From IMG/VR virus record IMGVR_UViG_3300045391_000521: DNA of 38,307 bases, one strand, 5' to 3'. Positions 17,779-24,282 of the stretch are shown one piece after another (the first letter of the stretch is position 1; every line of letters begins with the position of its first letter). Made by a program: the position numbers and the translations under genes. The DNA is from a virus. The notes below the pieces were generated by a model. The model was not told where the DNA came from, made no database searches, and saw nothing but the letters and a program-made list of their open reading frames with translations.

Positions 17779-17856
17779 TGCAGGCGGCCGGAGTCGAACC
17801 GGCGTTACCATCATCAGCGGCGGCAGCACTGGGTAGAGAGGGCCGCTTACGCCCAC
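17779..17856 (-). ncRNA. tRNA-like element or degenerate tRNA (intact acceptor and T arm, possible GCC anticodon arm, no D arm)
   Basis: - strand: GTGGGCG...GCCGG-TTCGACT-CCGGC-CGCCTGC-A. The acceptor pairs 7/7 with two G.U pairs. Possible anticodon stem CAGTG/CGCTG with loop CTGCCGC. The D region does not pair and the variable region is 11 nt. Confidence 0.35.
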
Positions 17857-17864
17857 GTTGATCG

Positions 17865-18023
17865 TTACTCGTTCCACCACTCCGGGCACTTGCCCGTGAT
17901 CCACCATTGCTGGGTTTCTTCCCCTAGTTGCTCCCACGGCGGGTGGATTGACGGGTCTTCCTGGCGGGCGATGCAGGCTTCGTAGGCGGCTTTGGCGTGA
18001 TCTTCGGAGGTCTGGTTATCCAT
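17865..18023 (-). CDS. Hypothetical small Trp-rich protein (52 aa, below the ORF-track cutoff)
   Basis: ATG at 18023 with SD ggggtgagag. Reads MDNQTSEDHAKAAYEACIARQEDPSIHPPWEQLGEETQQWWITGKCPEWWNE. Confidence 0.45.
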   Translation of the reverse strand: MDNQTSEDHAKAAYEACIARQEDPSIHPPWEQLGEETQQWWITGKCPEWWNE

Positions 18024-18026
18024 CTC

Positions 18027-18218
18027 TCACCCCTTCGGAACACACAGCGCACGAACATTGGCAACGAGCTCGCCCACGTTGACGTTGAATTGTCCTTGCG
18101 CCGCCTTCGCTGCGAACATGCAAGCCGCTTTGGTGTCAAACTCTTGTATGGCCAGCGCTACTCCGCCCTTGTTGTAGCCAGTGCTATAGACCGTCAGAAT
18201 TAGAATCCACGCTTTCAT
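18027..18218 (-). CDS. Hypothetical small protein with hydrophobic N-terminus (63 aa)
   Basis: ORF MKAWILILTVYSTG..., tightly packed in the early-left operon. Confidence 0.55.
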   Translation of the reverse strand: MKAWILILTVYSTGYNKGGVALAIQEFDTKAACMFAAKAAQGQFNVNVGELVANVRALCVPKG

Positions 18219-18221
18219 CCC

Positions 18222-18440
18222 TCACCCCTCCCGCCCGGCGCGCTGGGTGGCATCGGCGCGGCGATTCCATTCTTGCACCGCCGCAGCGATCCCGTCATCC
18301 GTGCCGGGATGCCTGCGCACTTCCGGTCCGCGCGCATCACACTCCGGACAGTACAGCGCTATCCAACGATGTGTTGAGCCGTCGCATAGGGCAGGCTTGT
18401 CGTAGCCGCAAAATGGGCATGGCTTTAGCGGTTCACTCAC
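18222..18440 (-). CDS. Lar-family restriction alleviation-like protein (72 aa)
   Basis: LKPCPFCG...CPECD zinc-ribbon pattern typical of Lar family proteins. GTGA overlap with the upstream gene. Confidence 0.55.
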   Translation of the reverse strand: MSEPLKPCPFCGYDKPALCDGSTHRWIALYCPECDARGPEVRRHPGTDDGIAAAVQEWNRRADATQRAGREG

Positions 18441-18664
18441 TCCCCGTCCCCGCCTTCCAACTTTTCGACAGTGATCCGAAACGCCGGCTTGCCATTGTAG
18501 GTAACGATGACCGGCTCGCCGTTGTTGATGACATGTTCAGCGACGGCGCCACACGCTGCGCCAGTCACGTCCGTCTGGCTTGCCCAAGTTACGCCGTCCT
18601 TACACACCGTTCCGGCATAGATGCGGTTGCTGAGCGGACTAGTTGCGATGTGCAGGTTTTTCAT
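18437..18664 (-). CDS. Hypothetical early protein (75 aa)
   Basis: ATG at 18664 overlaps the upstream stop (TGATG). An alternative GTG start lies at 18667. Confidence 0.55.
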   Translation of the reverse strand: MKNLHIATSPLSNRIYAGTVCKDGVTWASQTDVTGAACGAVAEHVINNGEPVIVTYNGKPAFRITVEKLEGGDGE

Positions 18665-18864
18665 CACTCCCCGTCTTCCTGCCGCTGCGCTGTTTTCGCG
18701 TAATGGTCGAAAGGGTCAAAAACCACCCCATCCGTCCGCGTGAGATACACCACCGCCACATGATTCACCTGCGGGTAGCCGGCATCTGTAATACCCGTGA
18801 CTTCACCAGCTCCGACCGGGCTATCTGCGATGGTGTCGCCGATACTTAGGTAATCAGGATGCAT
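18664..18864 (-). CDS. Hypothetical early protein (66 aa)
   Basis: ORF in the coupled gene chain. ATG start at 18864. Confidence 0.55.
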   Translation of the reverse strand: MHPDYLSIGDTIADSPVGAGEVTGITDAGYPQVNHVAVVYLTRTDGVVFDPFDHYAKTAQRQEDGE

Positions 18865-19411
18865 GATCGTCTTCCTGGCGCTGCATGGCGGCGTCTACCA
18901 TCTCGACGCCACGATCAAGCCCGGCATTGAATGACTCTTCGGTTCTAGCCCTGCCAAACTCCGACTCGTACCGGAACAGGGCCTCGTTAAACTTATACGT
19001 CTCAGGGGAATCAATATGCAGCGCGCACCATCGGATTGCCCGCATCCGTCTAGCATCCTTGGCGTCCTGCTCAGGGTGGGGCGTTTGTCCAGCCAGCACG
19101 TACTCGAACATTGCCTTGGCTTGGTCCGCCGTGAATAGGTTCGTGCCGGTGGGCCAGTAAGGAGTGTCGTACTCGTGCACGGCCTTGAACGAGATGCCAG
19201 CGTCCGGGTAAAAATCCTTCGGCAGCTTCCAGCCAAGGAAGCGATTGACCATCGCGCTGATGTCCACCCCGGCATCCGGCTGCGCGGCGAGGGCTGCGGT
19301 CAGGCATTTTGCGAACCGCGAGAAGTTGTCTTCCCAAAGACTAAGCCAACCATCCTGGAAGCCGGCCGCCCGAGCCAGTTCGATGACCTTTTCCGTGCTC
19401 AGCTCATCCAT
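18854..19411 (-). CDS. Hypothetical early protein (185 aa), two domains joined by a PEQDAKDA linker
   Basis: N-terminal VIELARAAGF motif shared with other early genes here. The linker sequence is repeated in 20020..20538. Confidence 0.6.
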   Translation of the reverse strand: MDELSTEKVIELARAAGFQDGWLSLWEDNFSRFAKCLTAALAAQPDAGVDISAMVNRFLGWKLPKDFYPDAGISFKAVHEYDTPYWPTGTNLFTADQAKAMFEYVLAGQTPHPEQDAKDARRMRAIRWCALHIDSPETYKFNEALFRYESEFGRARTEESFNAGLDRGVEMVDAAMQRQEDDHAS

Positions 19412-19643
19412 TCTTCTTCCCCTTGACGATGGTGTTGGCCACCTGGGTCATGGCCCAGTCGAGTGACTTCGCTTCCATCTCGTCCACCACGGCGTCGATG
19501 GACATCACCTCTGCTTCCTCCACGCTGCGGCGACCACCGTTTCGGCCGTACATCAACTTGAAAAGTCGCTGGTTGGACTCCGGCAGCGAGGCCAGGCTCT
19601 CCTTCAGCGACGCCCGCGCGAGCTCCTGCAGTTGCTCGTTCAT
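19404..19643 (-). CDS. Hypothetical early protein (79 aa)
   Basis: Start at the internal Met MNEQLQELARAS, with an ATGA overlap to the stop of 19640..20023. The longer ORF-track version overlaps the upstream gene. Confidence 0.55.
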   Translation of the reverse strand: MNEQLQELARASLKESLASLPESNQRLFKLMYGRNGGRRSVEEAEVMSIDAVVDEMEAKSLDWAMTQVANTIVKGKKNG

Positions 19644-20023
19644 TTCTGCTTCCCCTTCATCGTGATCGGAACGCGGCGAATGGCTCGAGCACGATACATA
19701 TCGTCGTGGGCAACATAGCCATGAAAGCCAATGCTGAAGCTCTTCACCCATACATGGCCAGGAGACGCGATGGATTTTCTCCCACTCCAGTATCGACCCG
19801 GCTGGAATAAGTCCCAGCAATTGGCCATCAGCAATGACAGCTCGCACGGTTCAGGCAGAACCCCACCGACAGATGCCGCCCAAACTACCTGCGTGTCCCA
19901 GTCGGCCGCGTCGGCTTCACTTAGCAGCAGGACCAGATGGTGCGTCGGCGTGCCGGCCTTGTCGAGGATCAGTCCGGCGTAGTGTTCGCCTTCGTTCAAC
20001 GGTGGAATTTCGATTGTGGTCAT
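19640..20023 (-). CDS. DUF1566 (Lcl C-terminal domain)-like protein (127 aa)
   Basis: Pattern LPEPCELSLL...YWSG...RARAIRRV matches my recollection of the DUF1566 signature. Confidence 0.55.
   Translation of the reverse strand: MTTIEIPPLNEGEHYAGLILDKAGTPTHHLVLLLSEADAADWDTQVVWAASVGGVLPEPCELSLLMANCWDLFQPGRYWSGRKSIASPGHVWVKSFSIGFHGYVAHDDMYRARAIRRVPITMKGKQK
19641..19662 (-). repeat. Gene-junction module copy (catttctgcttccccttcatcg)
   Basis: On the - strand: CG-ATGAAGGGGAAGCAGAAATG(A). Encodes the ...MKGKQK* tail plus the SD and ATG of the next gene. Confidence 0.8.
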
Positions 20024-20538
20024 GGCTCCCCCTTCATCGCGAGGGCGGCGCGGTCCAGCCGTTCGATCTCGGCGAGGATAAGGGCGCCGGCTTTGACGAG
20101 ATCGCGGCGCGGATTGGTCGGCTTTAGCCAGGAAATGCTCCAGCTACGCGGCCATATCTGCCATAGAGCCTCCGTTCTACAACCGGCGGCAGATAGTGCG
20201 TAACATGCTGCCGCAACCGCCAACTGCATGGCAGTATGCGCATCGTCGTGCCTAGCCGTCCAACCTTCTGCTGTCACTTGCCGGTGGCGCTCGTCCAGTA
20301 CGTCGGTAGCCCCCTGGCTCAACTCCGCATCCTTGGCGTCCTGCTCGGGCTGGGGCGCCTTGCCGGCCCGCAACCGCGCCAGTTCGTCCGCCACGTCCTG
20401 CGGCACCGTGTAGGCGCGCTGGTTGATGACGACGGTAGCGGACTCGAATACAGGCCGCGCGAGCCTGCTGTATGGGTTCGGGTTGATCAGCATGCTCACA
20501 CCCACCCGAACGGCGCACACATTGCCGGCGTCTTGCAT
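20020..20538 (-). CDS. Hypothetical early protein (172 aa, start uncertain, alternative ATG at 20493)
   Basis: C-terminal part ...AHTAMQLAVAAACYALSAAG...WLKPTNPRRDLVKAGALILAEIERLDR resembles a conserved phage family I cannot name with certainty. Confidence 0.55.
   Translation of the reverse strand: MQDAGNVCAVRVGVSMLINPNPYSRLARPVFESATVVINQRAYTVPQDVADELARLRAGKAPQPEQDAKDAELSQGATDVLDERHRQVTAEGWTARHDDAHTAMQLAVAAACYALSAAGCRTEALWQIWPRSWSISWLKPTNPRRDLVKAGALILAEIERLDRAALAMKGEP
20021..20053 (-). repeat. Gene-junction module copy (variant ...AMKGEP*)
   Basis: catggctcccccttcatcgcgagggcggcgcgg. Shares ccccttcatcgcgagggcggcgcgg with the copy at 20759-20793. Confidence 0.8.
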
Positions 20539-20569
20539 TCTTCCAGGGACCCCTTGCAGATCATGACGC

Positions 20570-20761
20570 TCATTTCTGCTTCCCCTTCATCGCGAAGTCG
20601 TTGCGCTGCTGCTCCCGGATATTCGCGATGTGCAGCACGTCCCAAAGGCATTCGGAATGTTCGACAAGCTCCCGTGCCACCTTCGTGCCATCACGTGTGT
20701 CGTAGGTGGCAGTCAGCGGGTTGTAGAACACCCATGAATTTTGCGTGTGCTCAGAGGCCAT
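20570..20761 (-). CDS. Hypothetical early protein (63 aa)
   Basis: ORF ending in the shared ...FAMKGKQK tail. Confidence 0.55.
   Translation of the reverse strand: MASEHTQNSWVFYNPLTATYDTRDGTKVARELVEHSECLWDVLHIANIREQQRNDFAMKGKQK
20571..20592 (-). repeat. Gene-junction module copy
   Basis: catttctgcttccccttcatcg is identical to 19641-19662. Confidence 0.8.
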
Positions 20762-21929
20762 TCTGCTTCCCCTTCATCGCGAGGGCGGCGCGGGCTTGCC
20801 ATGCAGCCCACAAAGAGGCCGCACCGGGAGCGTCATAGCTAGGCTCGCCGATCCCATCGCACGGCGTCACTTTCCACAATTCGCGCTTGGTTTTGCGCGC
20901 CCATTCCTCGAACGCCTCGCGCTCATCCCCCACGCCGACCGGCTGCGAGGGCGGGGCGGTGTAGAATTCGGTGCCGGTAGGAAGGCTCGTCCAATGCGTG
21001 TGCCAGTGAAGAATTGGGCCATACTCATCCACGCCATCTAGTTTGCACACCGGCTCCTGCGCGTTCGTAACCGAGTCGCACCATGCTCGCTTAGCCGCCA
21101 GATCATGCTGGCACACACGGCAGAAATTCGGTCCGCCGCAGCGCGTCTTGAATCCATCCGGTCGCGGATTGACGTGCCCATGGCCGACGTTCTGGTACTG
21201 AACGCCATTAAGGTTTTCGTACAGCTCTTGTTGGAATTCCGCAGCTTCTTCTAAGGTTGGCAGAGTATCAGCAATTGGCTCCACCCCCGGCCGCCGTTGC
21301 TTCGTCTCGCGCCAGTGGGGTCCGGGCTGACCGATACCAGCACACCTCCAATGCCCGCCGGCCGCGACCCAAGTTTCGTCGAAGCAGTACGGCTCGGACT
21401 CGAATTCGTATTTCTTCCCCTCCGCGTCCGTCGCCGCCCATTCCACCCATTCCGGTGCCTGCGACCAGTCGTAGAGGGGTTGTGGTTGGGTGGGCTGCGC
21501 AGGCTGCACAGGCGGTTGTGGGGCGACGGAGAGCATGGCTTCACGACACGCGTCCCAACCCATTACCCAACAACCGACCTCATCCCATGAAAAGCTCTTC
21601 GGCGCTTTCTCATGCGCGTCCGGCGAACCTAGCATTTTCGGCGGCACCGCTACCGGGCCACCCTGCACGCTGGCGGGGATGGTTGCCAGGATGGCGTCGA
21701 TGTCGATTTCTTCGAACTGGACCTCACCGTCGTTGTAGTCGTAACGCTTCCAGTACCCTGCTCGCTTGGTTGCCTCAGACGCTGCCTCCGCGATCATCCG
21801 ATCCCGCTCGCTCGGCGTGGCCAGGGGCATGGCGTCCGCTACCGCGAGCGCCACGCTGTACGGATCATGCGACTGCTGGACGGCGAGGCGCAGGGCCTCG
21901 ACCAGGGCTTGGGGTGGGGTGCGGGTCAT
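20751..21929 (-). CDS. Hypothetical multi-domain early protein (392 aa, Trp/Cys-rich)
   Basis: Largest early-left ORF. Pro/Gln linker QPPVQPAQPTQPQP. Cys cluster CGGPNFCRVCQHD...C...C. No catalytic motif recognised. Confidence 0.65.
   Translation of the reverse strand: MTRTPPQALVEALRLAVQQSHDPYSVALAVADAMPLATPSERDRMIAEAASEATKRAGYWKRYDYNDGEVQFEEIDIDAILATIPASVQGGPVAVPPKMLGSPDAHEKAPKSFSWDEVGCWVMGWDACREAMLSVAPQPPVQPAQPTQPQPLYDWSQAPEWVEWAATDAEGKKYEFESEPYCFDETWVAAGGHWRCAGIGQPGPHWRETKQRRPGVEPIADTLPTLEEAAEFQQELYENLNGVQYQNVGHGHVNPRPDGFKTRCGGPNFCRVCQHDLAAKRAWCDSVTNAQEPVCKLDGVDEYGPILHWHTHWTSLPTGTEFYTAPPSQPVGVGDEREAFEEWARKTKRELWKVTPCDGIGEPSYDAPGAASLWAAWQARAALAMKGKQNGL
20759..20793 (-). repeat. Gene-junction module copy
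   Basis: cattctgcttccccttcatcgcgagggcggcgcgg. Confidence 0.8.
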
Positions 21930-22111
21930 GCTGCCTTCTCCTTGAACTCGACGTATGCCGTGCAGCTTTCCTTGGCTACTGGCGGTTTGAAATTGGGAGA
22001 CTTGCTGTAGTCCGCCGGCAGCGCGGGCCAGTGATCAGGCTCCCGGTAGCATGCGCACTGCTCGCGGATCGGGCAGCGGCTGCCTTCGCAGGTTGGGGTG
22101 TCCTTGCTCAT
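21926..22111 (-). CDS. Hypothetical Cys-rich small protein (61 aa)
   Basis: Internal Met MSKDTPTCEGSRCPIREQCACY with an ATGA overlap to the upstream HTH gene. Confidence 0.5.
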   Translation of the reverse strand: MSKDTPTCEGSRCPIREQCACYREPDHWPALPADYSKSPNFKPPVAKESCTAYVEFKEKAA

Positions 22112-22314
22112 GGCAGGAATCCTTTGTTCTTCAGCCGCAGCGCCTTGGTCTTGAGCCGGAACAGCTCGAAGGTTGCCGGCTTCATGCCGCGCTCGCCGTT
22201 CTCCCACTTGCGCCAGGTGCGATCCTTCACCCCGACGATGGCGCCGGCTCCAAGTTGCGTCAGCCCCGCATCCATGCGCAGCTGTTTGATCTCGGATGGG
22301 TCGGCGGTCTTCAC
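22108..22314 (-). CDS. XRE-type helix-turn-helix protein (68 aa)
   Basis: IKQLRMDAGLTQLGAGAIVGVKDRTWRKWENGER is a typical HTH_XRE pattern. GTG start with a GTGA overlap. Confidence 0.65.
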   Translation of the reverse strand: MKTADPSEIKQLRMDAGLTQLGAGAIVGVKDRTWRKWENGERGMKPATFELFRLKTKALRLKNKGFLP

Positions 22315-22733
22315 TCGGAGCCCTTCACCTTGGCGATAACCTCGTCGATCTGCTCCTCAGTGATCGGAACGTCATTTCTTGCGCGGTCGCGGATGCCTTC
22401 CAGCGCCGCCAGCAGCTCGTCGCGCTGCTCTTCAAGCCGCTGCCGAACCGGATGGCGCTCGATGGTGTCAGCGCTCGGGTCGATGCATTCGTTTGAAGGA
22501 TCGCAGACTACGACCATTCCATAGACGACACGGGAAATAGAGCCGTGTGCGAGCAGTTCTTGAAGATCTTCAATCAACCGCGCGTATTGCTCACAGTCGT
22601 TGGTGTCGAGGCATTCGATCTCTTCGCCGTTGGTAAACAATGCCGGGAAATGGCCTATCTCGATGTCTTCAAGCACGCTAGCGAGCTTCATCGCCATATT
22701 CAGATCGGCCTCTGAGGCCTTCGCCATTTTCAT
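22311..22733 (-). CDS. Hypothetical acidic protein (140 aa)
   Basis: Start at MKMAKASE with SD gggaggggg. Strongly acidic. Confidence 0.55.
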   Translation of the reverse strand: MKMAKASEADLNMAMKLASVLEDIEIGHFPALFTNGEEIECLDTNDCEQYARLIEDLQELLAHGSISRVVYGMVVVCDPSNECIDPSADTIERHPVRQRLEEQRDELLAALEGIRDRARNDVPITEEQIDEVIAKVKGSE

Positions 22734-22759
22734 TTCTACCCCCTCCCTTGCTGTATCAG

Positions 22760-22776
22760 TGATGCGCCCTGTCACG
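22760..22776. repeat. 17-bp direct repeat flanking paralog A (copy 1)
   Basis: tgatgcgccctgtcacg. Overlaps the stop codon of 22772..23470. Confidence 0.8.
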
Positions 22777-23470
22777 CGGCAACCTCAGAATTGACCGGGT
22801 ACATCGCCCCGATATCCAGCGCATCCCCACAGAACACTTTACGGAACATTTCCTTTTGCGCGTCCCTGGCGGCGTCCCAGGCAGCGTCCCTGGCGGCCCA
22901 GGCGGCGGCACTGGCGGCGTCCAAGGCGGCGGCACTGGCGGCGTCCAAGGCAGCGGCCCTGGCGGCCCAGGCGGCGGCACTGGCGGCGGCACTGGCGGCG
23001 TCCCAGGCAGCGTCCCAGGCAGCGGCCCAGGCAGCGGCCCAGGCGGCGTCCCTGGCGGCGTCCCTGGCGGCGTCCCTGGCGTCCCAGGCGGCGGCCCTGG
23101 CGGCGTCCAGCTCTTCGTCGCTTGCCTCGCCGTTTGCGTGCCGCTCAGCTACGTCCAGCGCATTCAGGCTGCGCGAATCCGTCATCAAGTGCTGCACTTG
23201 GCGTGCGCACCATACCGCGAACAGTCGTTCTGCACGGATCAGCTCTGGCGTTTGCTCGCAGGCCCGAAGCGTCCAAAGCGCGTCCTCCAGACCGTTCGAG
23301 TCAAGGACGAAACCCAACGGAATCGGATCGGCATGCGAAAACAGGATATGCGATTCGCGCTCTTGGTCGGAATCGGTGAACGGCTTACCTTGCAACGCAC
23401 GGACCAGCTTGTTGTAGCCAGACACGCAAGCGCCTTTCGCGCGCAGTGCCTTTAGGGTGGTGGTAATCAC
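22772..23470 (-). CDS. Ala/Trp/Asp/Arg-repeat protein, paralog A (232 aa, GTG start)
   Basis: The first ~124 aa and last ~14 conserved aa are nearly identical to 27205..27807. The central region is (A)AA[WRS][DA] repeats. Confidence 0.7.
   Translation of the reverse strand: MITTTLKALRAKGACVSGYNKLVRALQGKPFTDSDQERESHILFSHADPIPLGFVLDSNGLEDALWTLRACEQTPELIRAERLFAVWCARQVQHLMTDSRSLNALDVAERHANGEASDEELDAARAAAWDARDAARDAARDAAWAAAWAAAWDAAWDAASAAASAAAWAARAAALDAASAAALDAASAAAWAARDAAWDAARDAQKEMFRKVFCGDALDIGAMYPVNSEVAA
22861..23098. repeat. 9/12-nt tandem repeat array inside paralog A
   Basis: Units of type gcc(gcc)(tgg|agg|agt|ttg)g(a|c)c on the coding strand. All six frames are open across it (several overlapping ORF-track entries). 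Confidence 0.85.
23099..23470. repeat. Inverted repeat, left arm (372 bp, pairs with 27205-27576)
   Basis: The reverse complement matches 27205-27576 with 2 mismatches by eye (start codon G/A and the K/E codon). Confidence 0.85.
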
Positions 23471-23489
23471 ATTTACTCCCGGTTGTTAT

Positions 23490-23506
23490 TGATGCGCCCT
23501 GTCACG
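23490..23506. repeat. 17-bp direct repeat flanking paralog A (copy 2)
   Basis: The identical string tgatgcgccctgtcacg lies 20 nt upstream of the paralog A start. Confidence 0.8.
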
Positions 23507-23519
23507 GCGCTGGTGTTGG

Positions 23520-23735
23520 TCAGCCGTCGATGGACGCGATGTAGGCCGGGTCACCAGGGCGCAGGCGCGTTTCCTTCCGCTCTACATCAGCCCGGAAGAA
23601 AATCCACATGTCGGGGTTGGCCATCCACTTGAGGGCCTTGCGCCCCGCGGCTTCCTTGCTTTCTGCCTGCACGTGCTTGAACACGGCATCCATGTCGGAT
23701 GCTCTGCTAGTCAGCTCCACCGTGTATGTCTTCAC
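23520..23735 (-). CDS. Hypothetical early protein (71 aa, GTG start)
   Basis: SD ggaggatgg precedes the GTG. Product begins MKTYTVELTS... Confidence 0.55.
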   Translation of the reverse strand: MKTYTVELTSRASDMDAVFKHVQAESKEAAGRKALKWMANPDMWIFFRADVERKETRLRPGDPAYIASIDG

Positions 23736-23769
23736 AATCCATCCTCCATCACAGCGCCGCGAGGGCGCT

Positions 23770-23991
23770 TTATTTAACGTCTTTCACCCACAATCCGCCG
23801 CGCCAGCAGAACAGGTCTTCCGCGTGGCTTTTCACCTCCGCACTGGCGTTAATTTCGCCGAGATTCGCATGGCGGAATCCGCGCTGTTTGGCGTCCTCCA
23901 CCAACGCTGCAAACTCCGGCGCGGCGATGTATTCGGCATGTGCAACTGCGCGGCGCTCGCGTTCGTTCTGTTCGTGCATGTTGATGGCCAT
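23770..23991 (-). CDS. Hypothetical early protein (73 aa)
   Basis: Internal Met MAINMHEQNERERR chosen. The longer ORF-track N-terminus overlaps the upstream small gene. Confidence 0.5.
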   Translation of the reverse strand: MAINMHEQNERERRAVAHAEYIAAPEFAALVEDAKQRGFRHANLGEINASAEVKSHAEDLFCWRGGLWVKDVK

Positions 23992-24004
23992 TTCGCAAAA
24001 CCCC

Positions 24005-24184
24005 TTACGGGGCCACGCGGGCAAACAACCCTCCGTGTTGCTCCCAGGTGTGGCCATGGGCCAGTGCCATACGGATGGCCGCGTGTTGGGCGTCCGTATG
24101 GCAGTAGGCGACCACGATGTAGGTGGCCACGATGGCCAGAGTTTTGTGGGACTTGATGTTAACGGTGTAGGTGGTCTTGGTCAT
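24005..24184 (-). CDS. Hypothetical small protein (59 aa, below the ORF-track cutoff)
   Basis: ATG at 24184 with SD gggagag. Reads MTKTTYTVNIKSHKTLAIVATYIVVAYCHTDAQHAAIRMALAHGHTWEQHGGLFARVAP. Confidence 0.45.
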   Translation of the reverse strand: MTKTTYTVNIKSHKTLAIVATYIVVAYCHTDAQHAAIRMALAHGHTWEQHGGLFARVAP

Positions 24185-24282
24185 GATCGTCTCTCCCTCT
24201 GCTGCGCTGTGCGCGTTGTTGATGGAGTAATCATAGGCCCATTGGGCCTGTTTGTGGTGACCGTTCGTCGGCTACGGATCGG

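Noticed and set aside
17808-17820. Hammerhead ribozyme core (CUGAUGA on the - strand inside the tRNA-like element)
   Set aside because: There is no downstream GAAA or stem II/III arrangement. It is an isolated heptamer.
22861-23098. CRISPR array
   Set aside because: The units are 9-12 nt, contiguous with no spacers, and lie in frame within a coding sequence.
24236-24250. Hairpin aggccc-att-gggcct as a terminator
   Set aside because: The U-rich tract (gtttgtgg) lies on the + strand, antisense to the operon, and none follows on the - strand. The hairpin has 6 bp and a 3-nt loop, so significance is unclear.
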